Below, piece after piece: positions 8,446 to 15,151 of a stretch of DNA of 32,000 nt. Position 1 is the stretch's first letter, and each line of letters begins with the position of its first letter. Both the position numbers and the translations under genes were made by a program. Under the pieces are notes generated by a model that worked only from the letters and a program-made list of their open reading frames with translations, was not told the origin of the DNA and ran no database searches. This DNA comes from Candidatus Saccharimonadota bacterium (GTDB lineage: Bacteria > Patescibacteriota > Saccharimonadia > Saccharimonadales > Saccharimonadaceae): positions 360,001-392,000 of the forward strand of contig CP006915.1 of the NCBI GenBank assembly GCA_000503915.1. The letters run 5' to 3'.

Positions 8446-9307
8446 ACTGCCTGAAGTTGAAACAATACGACGTGGCTTGGAGCTACTCATCGTCGGTAAA
8501 AAGATCGTCAAGGTGACCTATGATTGGCCGAAAGGCTTTCCGAATAGCGAAGCCGACATAAGCGAATTTCTGGTTGGTGCGAGCATTAGCGCCGTACGAC
8601 GACGCGCAAAAGTTCTACTCATCGAATTATCAACCAATTACACGCTTGTCACACACCTCAAAATGACTGGACAATTGGTATTTCGCGGCAAGGAAACGTT
8701 TGGTGCTGGGCATCCGAACGCTAGTTTAGTTGGTGAACTACCTGATAAATCGACGCGCGTCATCATTTTATTCGATGACGACTCAACACTTTATTTCAAC
8801 GATCAGCGTAAGTTTGGCTGGATGAAGCTGTATCCGACACCGGAAGTAGCGAATATCGATTTTATGAAAAAAGTCGGTCCGGAGCCGCTCGAAGACGACT
8901 TCACGGCTAAAGAATTTGTTCAGCGGATTCGTCGACGAAATGGGACAACTATCAAGGCAGCTATACTAGATCAAACGGTTCTTGCCGGAGTGGGTAATAT
9001 TTATGCTGATGAAAGTCTGTGGGGCGCGAAGCTGCATCCAGCCACGCGAGTACGCGATGTGAGTGACGAGCAGGTCGCCGAATTGCTAAAAGAAATCAAA
9101 TATGTCATGAATCTCGCTATCGAGAAGGGTGGCTCGACGGACAAAAATTATGTCAATGCCGAAGGTAAGCGCGGTAGCTACATCGATTTCGCCCGAGTGT
9201 TTCGCCAGGAAGGTAAAGCCTGCCCGCGTCATCCCGACGTACTGATCGAAAAAATTCGCGTTGCTGGCAGGGGAACGCATATTTGTCCGGTTTGTCAGCT
9301 ACAATAG
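8438..9307 (+). CDS. mutM: formamidopyrimidine-DNA glycosylase
   Basis: Hallmark N-terminus MPELPEVETIRRGL, H2TH region, and a C-terminal zinc finger CPRH...(x16)...CPVC (C-H-C-C variant). Overlaps the HAD gene by 8 nt. Confidence 0.93.
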   Translation: MPELPEVETIRRGLELLIVGKKIVKVTYDWPKGFPNSEADISEFLVGASISAVRRRAKVLLIELSTNYTLVTHLKMTGQLVFRGKETFGAGHPNASLVGELPDKSTRVIILFDDDSTLYFNDQRKFGWMKLYPTPEVANIDFMKKVGPEPLEDDFTAKEFVQRIRRRNGTTIKAAILDQTVLAGVGNIYADESLWGAKLHPATRVRDVSDEQVAELLKEIKYVMNLAIEKGGSTDKNYVNAEGKRGSYIDFARVFRQEGKACPRHPDVLIEKIRVAGRGTHICPVCQLQ

Positions 9308-9311
9308 AGTT

Positions 9312-10223
9312 ATGATTTATTTCTTAATTGGTGAGAATTGGTATGCGCGCGACAAAGCGGTGAAAGCTATTGTCGAGCGAGCTGACGGACTGCCAGAATA
9401 TATCGACGCTGAAAAAGTCACTGCGGGTAGTTTGCGTGAGCTTTTGAGTGCACAAACACTTTTTAGTCAGACTCGTACAGTTGTGCTGCGACAGCCGTCG
9501 GAGAATAAGGATCTGTGGGACTCTCTCGAAGACATAGCGTCAGGGGTTGCCGACGACGTTACACTGATTATCATCGAAGACAAACCCGATAAGCGGACGA
9601 AGACCTACAAGGCGCTACAGAAACAGGCGACGACGAAGGATTTTCCGAACTGGACAGAACGTGATACAGGATTCGCAACCGAATGGCTACTCAAAGAGGC
9701 CAAAGCACGGGCAGTACCGCTGAAAACTCGTGACGCTCAGCTGATTATCCAGCGAGTAGGGGTCGACCAAGGAGGGCTGGCGGCAGCACTTGAAAAGATT
9801 AGTCTCATGCCGGCAATCACTCCCGAAGCAATCGAAGCGAGCATCGACACCACCCCGACCGAAAATGTCTTTGTACTGCTAGAGACCGCACTGAGTGGCA
9901 AACGGGAAACGCTGGCTACTATGATCGCGACCTTACGACAGACCGAAGATGCCTATCGTGTATTTGGCCTGTTGAGTAGCCAATTGCAGCAACTTGCACT
10001 GCTCGTCTATGCCAAGAAGCCAGCGGCTGAAGTAGCGCGCGATATTGGTGCGAAGAGTCCGTACATGCTGCAAAAGCTAGAGGGTACGGCGAAACGACTC
10101 GGTAAAGAGCACGTTGCTACACTACTGACAGTCTTTGCTAATGCCGATATGCGGCTGAAATCTACCGATAACGATCCATGGTCGGTAGTTGAGAGCGCAC
10201 TGTACTCGAGTCTAAAAGACTAA
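9312..10223 (+). CDS. holA: DNA polymerase III delta subunit
   Basis: MIYFLIGENWYARDKAV..., LFSQTRTVVLRQ, TLIIIEDKPDKRTKTYKAL and LAAALEKISL follow the HolA pattern. ATG 9312 is chosen over the ORF-track start 9261, which lies inside fpg. Confidence 0.8.
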   Translation: MIYFLIGENWYARDKAVKAIVERADGLPEYIDAEKVTAGSLRELLSAQTLFSQTRTVVLRQPSENKDLWDSLEDIASGVADDVTLIIIEDKPDKRTKTYKALQKQATTKDFPNWTERDTGFATEWLLKEAKARAVPLKTRDAQLIIQRVGVDQGGLAAALEKISLMPAITPEAIEASIDTTPTENVFVLLETALSGKRETLATMIATLRQTEDAYRVFGLLSSQLQQLALLVYAKKPAAEVARDIGAKSPYMLQKLEGTAKRLGKEHVATLLTVFANADMRLKSTDNDPWSVVESALYSSLKD

Positions 10224-10245
10224 ACGCCTACTGGGAGTAGGCGTT
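10223..10245. terminator. hairpin between convergent holA and rpsT
   Basis: AACGCCTAC (10223-10231), loop TGGGA, GTAGGCGTT (10237-10245): a perfect 9-bp stem. On the minus strand a short T-run (TCTTTT) follows it. There is no T-tract on the plus strand. Confidence 0.45.
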
Positions 10246-10264
10246 ATAAACTTGTCCTAGAAAC

Positions 10265-10645
10265 TTATTTCTTTGCGGCGGGTTTTTTAGCAGCAGTTTT
10301 TGCGCTAGGTCTCTTGGCCGTCGCCTTCTTGGCTACGGGCTTTTTAGCGGGAGCTTTAGTAGCAGCAGGTTTTGTAGCCGGCTTCTTAGTAGCCGCTAGC
10401 TTTACGCCGGCATCTTTTGCTTCTTTAGCGAGAGCAGCTTTACGGCGAGCCACCGTATTCTTGTGCAGCAAGTTTTTCTTCAGTGCTTTGTCGAGCTCGG
10501 AGTGAGCTTTGGCGAGTGTCTCGCTTGACGGCTTGGCCTCAAAAGCCTTGACGGCTGCCTTGATGGCGCGCTTTGTAGCGACGTTGCGTTCGCGGGCGAC
10601 ATTAGCTTGCTTTACGCGCTTAATAGCGGACTTAATAATGGGCAT
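10265..10645 (-). CDS. rpsT: 30S ribosomal protein S20 with a Lys/Ala-rich C-terminal extension
   Basis: MPIIKSAIKRVKQANVARERNVATKRAIKAAVK is the canonical S20 N-terminus. SD AAAGGAAAG lies upstream. About 45 extra C-terminal residues of AKKP/ATKP repeats. Confidence 0.92.
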   Translation of the reverse strand: MPIIKSAIKRVKQANVARERNVATKRAIKAAVKAFEAKPSSETLAKAHSELDKALKKNLLHKNTVARRKAALAKEAKDAGVKLAATKKPATKPAATKAPAKKPVAKKATAKRPSAKTAAKKPAAKK

Positions 10646-10697
10646 GTGGTTCTATCTTTCCTTTTCCTTACACGTTGATGTAATAGTCTAGGGCTGA

Positions 10698-10726
10698 ATT
10701 ATAGAGGAAAATACCCCAGTTGTAAA
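10698..10726 (-). promoter_or_regulatory. sigma-70-type promoter for rpsT (TTTACA, 17 nt, TATAAT on the minus strand)
   Basis: The reverse complement of 10721-10726 is TTTACA and of 10698-10703 is TATAAT. The spacer is 17 nt. It predicts a ~45-nt leader containing the SD. Confidence 0.5.
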
Positions 10727-10800
10727 GAGGACGGTGAAATGTTGACGGAGTGGAGATGCTTATGATAAAGTAATACCAAACTGTCACTAAAAGAAACAAC

Positions 10801-12660
10801 ATGGAAAAAACGAACAACATGAACGACAGCCAGGGCGCAAAGCAACAGATTGTCGAACGAATCAAAAGTTCGAGTAATATTTTAGTGACCGTCAGTACCG
10901 ATCCGTCGGTTGACGAATTGTCGGCTGCCCTCGGTCTCACCATCATGCTGAACAATATCGATAAACACGCGACAGCGGTGGTCAGTGGAGCGATCCCGCC
11001 AGCGATAACGTTTCTCGATCCGGAAAAAACATTTGAAAATACGGTCGACTCACTGCGAGACTTTATCATCGCGCTTGATAAGGAAAAAGCCGACCACTTA
11101 CGCTATAAAGTCGACGGTGATGTCGTAAAAATCTTCATTACACCGTACCGCACGACGATTACATCTGATGATCTGGAATTTAGCCAGGGTGACTACAACG
11201 TAGAATTAGTCCTTGCTCTTGGGGTTAAGACGAAGGAGCATCTGGATGCCGCACTTACTGCTCATGGACGGATTTTGCATGACGCTACGGTCGCGACCAT
11301 TAGTTGCGGTGGCGAATCGAGCAATCTCGGTAGTATTGATTGGACTGAAGCCAACGCGAGCAGTCTGAGTGAAATGCTCGTGGCGCTCTCTGAAGCGCTT
11401 AAGGGCGACAAACCGCTCCTCGACGAGCAGGTAGCAACCGCCTTTCTGACGGGTATCGTTGCGGCGACGGACCGTTTCAGTAATAATCGTACCAGCTCGA
11501 AAGTGATGACGATGGCGGCACAACTAATGGCCGCCGGTGCTAATCAACAGCTGATTGCTGCGAAACTAGAAGAAGCACATGAAATCGGTGAAGATAAAGG
11601 CGCCAAGGATGGTGGGCAAGGAAATCCTGATGGCACGACACCTCTAGACGAAAACACGCCTACCAAGCTGAAAAAGGAAGACGCAACCGCTCCAGACAGC
11701 GCAACAAAAGACGACGGCTCACTCGATATTTCCCACAAGAAAGAGGAAATGATCGAAGAAGCTGCAGCGGCTACGGCTGAGAAAAACCAGACTGATGCAG
11801 CGAAGCAAGCCGAGGAAAATCTGGCCAAGCAGCTCGAAACGGTTGCACCAGCGGCAGCGAAACCTTCGGTCGCTGACCTTCAAAAGGATCTGGCGGCTGC
11901 CAGTAGTGAAGTAGAGAAGGCAGCTGAGCAGCCGATCGGTTCACCGGAAGCAGCCTTGCCACCAGTTAGTCCAGCCTCCGGACAAGAAGCCGGTCCGGTC
12001 ATGGGGGGAACGCTGAACGCGACAGCCGAACAAGCCCAAAAAGACAAAGAGAAAGAGCTTGAAGACGACCGCAACAAAACAATTTTGACTCATGAAGATG
12101 GCGATTATGCAAAGAGCAATGATTCGTCATTCCAGGCACCGTTTAACGCTGCTAGCAAACCAAGTGATGAGCCGCCAAGCGTCGATATCTTTAAGGATCA
12201 AGGTCTGATAGCCACACCGGAACAATCTCCGTCAACGCCACCGACCAGCGGGGAAACACTTGCCGATATCGAACGTCAGCATCGCCACAGCGATGATCAT
12301 AACGAAGCTCAAGCCGCGGTCGCTGCGGCGTACGAAGCAGCACCGTTTGATCCTGCGCACAACCCACAAGTGGATATTGGTGCTCAGCCTCTTGGAGATG
12401 TGCCGCATAGTAGTCCACTCACCGCTGCGCTTCCTCCTCAGCCAAGTGTAGTACCTCCAGCATTGCCGCCAGTCCCGGATGATTTTTCAGCGTTGCCGCT
12501 GCCACCACCGCCACCGGTTCCGAGCTTTGACCAACCACAAGGGCCACTACCGCCCGAGCAACTTGGGCAAATCTTTGGCTCGCCGTCTCCCGACCAGCCA
12601 ACAGCGCTTCCTCCTCAGCCAAAAGATCCAAACCAGTTCCAGATTCCAAACCAACGCTAG
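10801..12660 (+). CDS. DHH/DHHA1-like domain protein (motifs degenerate) with a ~350-aa low-complexity Ala/Glu/Pro-rich tail
   Basis: N-terminal ~270 aa resemble NrnA-type DHH phosphoesterases (ILVTVSTDPSVDELSAALGL; KADHL; SCGGESSNLGS), but the DHH and GGGH signatures are not intact. The remainder is compositionally biased, ending in PPxP-rich sequence. Confidence 0.6.
   Translation: MEKTNNMNDSQGAKQQIVERIKSSSNILVTVSTDPSVDELSAALGLTIMLNNIDKHATAVVSGAIPPAITFLDPEKTFENTVDSLRDFIIALDKEKADHLRYKVDGDVVKIFITPYRTTITSDDLEFSQGDYNVELVLALGVKTKEHLDAALTAHGRILHDATVATISCGGESSNLGSIDWTEANASSLSEMLVALSEALKGDKPLLDEQVATAFLTGIVAATDRFSNNRTSSKVMTMAAQLMAAGANQQLIAAKLEEAHEIGEDKGAKDGGQGNPDGTTPLDENTPTKLKKEDATAPDSATKDDGSLDISHKKEEMIEEAAAATAEKNQTDAAKQAEENLAKQLETVAPAAAKPSVADLQKDLAAASSEVEKAAEQPIGSPEAALPPVSPASGQEAGPVMGGTLNATAEQAQKDKEKELEDDRNKTILTHEDGDYAKSNDSSFQAPFNAASKPSDEPPSVDIFKDQGLIATPEQSPSTPPTSGETLADIERQHRHSDDHNEAQAAVAAAYEAAPFDPAHNPQVDIGAQPLGDVPHSSPLTAALPPQPSVVPPALPPVPDDFSALPLPPPPPVPSFDQPQGPLPPEQLGQIFGSPSPDQPTALPPQPKDPNQFQIPNQR
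12427..12622 (+). repeat. 19-nt exact direct repeat GCGCTTCCTCCTCAGCCAA (12427-12445 and 12604-12622)
   Basis: Both copies are in frame and encode ALPPQP within the Pro-rich tail. Their starts are 177 nt (59 codons) apart. Confidence 0.85.
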
Positions 12661-12791
12661 CGAGACCAGTCTCTCTTATAGAAAGAGCCGCCGAGCCAGG
12701 GCATCACCCTTAACAGGGGTAAAAAGTCCGAATTTGCTTTTTGGTTGGTACGCTATGCTGTCAAAGCTGCAGTGCGATATAATTAGTTCTA

Positions 12792-13481
12792 GTGCAGTTT
12801 GATCTCTCGAAAGCCAAAGACGGTGTTCTACTCGTCGATAAGCCAGCCGGTTGGACGAGTTTTGACGTTTGTGCAAAAATCCGCGGACAGATACGCGCCG
12901 AATACCAGCAGCAGGGTATCAAGCCAACTAAACGCCAGCTAAGAGTTGGTCATGCCGGCACGCTCGATCCGTTTGCGACAGGGCTGTTAATTGTGCTGCT
13001 CGGTGACGCCACAAAAAAGGCAGATGAGTTCCTGAAACTTGATAAAGTCTATGAGGCTACTATTCGACTTGGACAGGTGAGCACGACCGGTGATCCGGAA
13101 GGGGATCTGACAAATGTTTCCGACCGCCAACCGACGCGTGAGGAAATCGAACAAGTACTTACACAGTTTACCGGTGACATCGAGCAGCGACCACCAGTCT
13201 TTAGCGCGATCAAAATCGATGGAAAACGTGCCTATAAGCTAGCGCGAAACGGAGAAATGATCGAGATGCCACTCAGGAAAGTGACGATCTACTCACTAGA
13301 GCTCCTCGGCTACTCATATCCTGAGCTAAAAATTCGCACGCATGTCAGCAGCGGTACATATATTCGAAGCCTTGCGGTGGATAGTGGAGAAGTATTAGGA
13401 ACTGGGGCGTACTGTAGCGAACTACGCCGTGTGAAGATAGCAAATTATAGTGTCAAAGAAGCGAGTCTACCTTCTGGGTAA
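12792..13481 (+). CDS. truB: tRNA pseudouridine(55) synthase
   Basis: GVLLVDKPAGWTSFDV and the catalytic-Asp motif RVGHAGTLDPFATGLLIVLLG. GTG start. TATAAT at 12778-12783 ends 8 nt upstream. Confidence 0.92.
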   Translation: MQFDLSKAKDGVLLVDKPAGWTSFDVCAKIRGQIRAEYQQQGIKPTKRQLRVGHAGTLDPFATGLLIVLLGDATKKADEFLKLDKVYEATIRLGQVSTTGDPEGDLTNVSDRQPTREEIEQVLTQFTGDIEQRPPVFSAIKIDGKRAYKLARNGEMIEMPLRKVTIYSLELLGYSYPELKIRTHVSSGTYIRSLAVDSGEVLGTGAYCSELRRVKIANYSVKEASLPSG

Positions 13482-13492
13482 AGCATGATCCA

Positions 13493-13521
13493 TTGACATT
13501 ATTACCAAAATATGCTAATAT
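13493..13521 (+). promoter_or_regulatory. sigma-70-type promoter: TTGACA, 17 nt, TAATAT; the -10 box ends 6 nt before ATG 13528
   Basis: Same architecture and identical hexamers as the promoter at 7179-7207. A leaderless transcript is predicted. Confidence 0.6.
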
Positions 13522-13527
13522 GTACTT

Positions 13528-14112
13528 ATGGTAAGTCATGAATATGATGACAATTCTCTCGAACTTGAATTATCTCAGGAAGAGCTTCGATCGCTCCTCG
13601 GGCTGCTTGCCCAGAAACTTATCTCCAAAGGAGAGATCACTGAGCCAGACGGGGTGATACCGGCAACTCCTGAGGCAGGGCAGCCTAGAGCGTTCACGTT
13701 GCCGCTTAACTCAAAAGTGGTACGAGAGGTATTTTATCCTGATGATCAAGAACTTATCCCTAGTACAGGCAGTCAGATTGAATACACCACGGCGCATAGG
13801 TTGGAGCCAGATGACCCCGCAGTATATGAAGGGATCGTGGTGCGCTGCGCCTCGCGGCTATTTAATACTGATATCACTGTAGAAGACTTCTTTATAATCG
13901 GCAGACAAGATGATCATTTTACTGGCACTATTGATCGTGATTATTCCAAGGACAATCGAGTGATTAGCCCGAATGATTTCGGGTATGATAATGCTCTCGA
14001 CTCAGACGATAAGATCGTTGAGGCGCTATGGGACGCAAACGCCTTACAGCGCCCACTAACGCTTGATGATGCGCAAAAGCTACGTCAGTTGGCTGACATC
14101 TTGGGCAACTAG
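13528..14112 (+). CDS. acidic hypothetical protein
   Basis: 194 aa, rich in Asp/Glu, with no recognisable motif. Has its own consensus promoter. Sits between truB and rpsO. Confidence 0.65.
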   Translation: MVSHEYDDNSLELELSQEELRSLLGLLAQKLISKGEITEPDGVIPATPEAGQPRAFTLPLNSKVVREVFYPDDQELIPSTGSQIEYTTAHRLEPDDPAVYEGIVVRCASRLFNTDITVEDFFIIGRQDDHFTGTIDRDYSKDNRVISPNDFGYDNALDSDDKIVEALWDANALQRPLTLDDAQKLRQLADILGN

Positions 14113-14121
14113 GGTAACCTC

Positions 14122-14150
14122 TTGCTTGCCGAAGGAATTTCTGCTACAAT
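14122..14150 (+). promoter_or_regulatory. sigma-70-type promoter for rpsO (TTGCTT, 17 nt, TACAAT); -10 ends 9 nt before the ATG
   Basis: Hexamers at 14122-14127 and 14145-14150, with ATG at 14160. No SD is present. Confidence 0.5.
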
Positions 14151-14159
14151 TGACACCTA

Positions 14160-14426
14160 ATGATCACTAAAGAGAATAAAGCGAACGCAATTGCTGCGAC
14201 ACAAACGAGTAAAAAGGATGTTGGGAGTCCGCAGGCGCAGGTATCTGTCCTGACTGCTCGTATTAAAGAGATAACCGATCACCTAAAAGGCAACAAGCAC
14301 GACCACATGGCACGCCGTGGGCTGATTCAGATGGTAGGCCGTCGTAAGCGCCTCCTGAAGTACCTCGAACGGCGCGATTTTGATGCTTACAAGACAGTTG
14401 TTGCAAAACTCGGCCTCCGCAAATAG
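14160..14426 (+). CDS. rpsO: 30S ribosomal protein S15
   Basis: LTARIKEITDHLKGNKHDHMARRGLIQMVGRRKRLLKYL is the canonical S15 core. 88 aa. Confidence 0.95.
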   Translation: MITKENKANAIAATQTSKKDVGSPQAQVSVLTARIKEITDHLKGNKHDHMARRGLIQMVGRRKRLLKYLERRDFDAYKTVVAKLGLRK

Positions 14427-14441
14427 CGGAGCCAGTTTTTT
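14412..14441 (+). terminator. intrinsic terminator after rpsO (possibly also serving convergent hpt)
   Basis: GGCCTCCGC / GCGGAGCC stem (8 bp with one bulge, loop AAATA), followed 2 nt later by TTTTTT (14436-14441). Confidence 0.55.
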
Positions 14442-14443
14442 AT

Positions 14444-15022
14444 TTATTTGGCTTCCCAGATTTCTTCGAGCCAGCGGTAGCCTTCTTTGGCAACGTGAGG
14501 GTCATCCATACCCATGCCGACCAACCACTTGTCGCCGAAGATAAAGCCTTTATACTCGGCAACGATAGGGAGTTCGCGGCCAACGTCCTTCTCGCAAATC
14601 ACGGCGAGTTGGAGATGGCTCGCCCCTCGATTGCGTAGGTGATTGAAGACAAAGCTTGCCGTGATACCCTTGTCGAGTACATCGTCAATGACGATAACAT
14701 CACGTCCGTTCACTTCAGTAGAAGGAGCGAGATCGGTGACAATATGCGGTTCGCCGGCGTGACGGCCGTCGCCGTAGGTACTGACCATCATATAGTCGAG
14801 TTCCGGGTGGTAAGTGGGCGATTTGCGGACGATTTCAGTCATTAGTCGCGAGCTAAATGGCGCCGCACCGCGCAGTAATGACACGAACAGGGGAGATGTG
14901 GGATGGTCGGTGATAATCTGTGTAGCAATCTGGGAAACTTTCGCCGATACTTCGGCATAGTCAGCGAGTTTAACGTAGCGATCATTCATAGTAATTACTG
15001 TAGCACATCGTCGTCTGTTCAT
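14444..15022 (-). CDS. hpt: hypoxanthine(-guanine) phosphoribosyltransferase
   Basis: PRPP-binding motif VIVIDDVLDKGIT plus a type-I PRTase fold pattern. The start is ambiguous: ATG 15022 has GAAGGAA upstream, and ATG 14989 is the alternative. The ORF-track start 15106 would run through the pnp promoter and adds a hydrophobic, non-homologous extension. Confidence 0.85.
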   Translation of the reverse strand: MNRRRCATVITMNDRYVKLADYAEVSAKVSQIATQIITDHPTSPLFVSLLRGAAPFSSRLMTEIVRKSPTYHPELDYMMVSTYGDGRHAGEPHIVTDLAPSTEVNGRDVIVIDDVLDKGITASFVFNHLRNRGASHLQLAVICEKDVGRELPIVAEYKGFIFGDKWLVGMGMDDPHVAKEGYRWLEEIWEAK

Positions 15023-15046
15023 TTGAACGACGGTTCCTTCTACAAA

Positions 15047-15055
15047 TGATATAAT
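15047..15055 (+). promoter_or_regulatory. extended -10 promoter element TGaTATAAT upstream of pnp
   Basis: TGATATAAT at 15047-15055 predicts a ~90-nt 5' UTR before the SD AAAGGAGA and ATG 15152. Its reverse complement also reads TTATAT, which might serve divergent hpt. Confidence 0.4.
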
Positions 15056-15151
15056 GAATAGGTAAACAAAGCGGATGGTGATAGATGGGAATGTTTGTCC
15101 GAACAAATTTTCGCACCTGTTACTCTCCGCGATATGAAAGGAGACAATAGA

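Noticed and set aside
9261-9311. Long N-terminal extensions given by the ORF track (holA 9261, hpt 15106, pnp 15095, UDG 17220, efp 25132, tlyA 25664)
   Set aside because: Each extension overlaps the preceding gene or a promoter and adds non-homologous residues. Internal starts with an SD or a canonical N-terminus were preferred: 9312, 15022/14989, 15152, 17268, 25204 and 25766.
10668-11069. 133-aa hydrophobic minus-strand ORF spanning the rpsT / DHH-like divergent region
   Set aside because: It would run through the rpsT promoter/leader and overlaps the plus-strand ORF that has a recognisable domain layout. It has no SD.
11544-12650. Repetitive-looking GC-rich stretch considered as a tandem repeat or CRISPR-like array
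   Set aside because: It is coding low-complexity (Ala/Glu/Pro-rich) sequence with no regular repeat-spacer periodicity. Only the single 19-nt duplicate was retained as a feature.
12661-12791. 131-nt intergenic region upstream of truB considered as an sRNA or riboswitch
   Set aside because: It has only weak, AU-rich or very short stems (GAGA-CCAG-TCTC; ACCC-ttaacag-GGGT) and no recognisable conserved motif. It most likely just holds a weak terminator plus the truB promoter.
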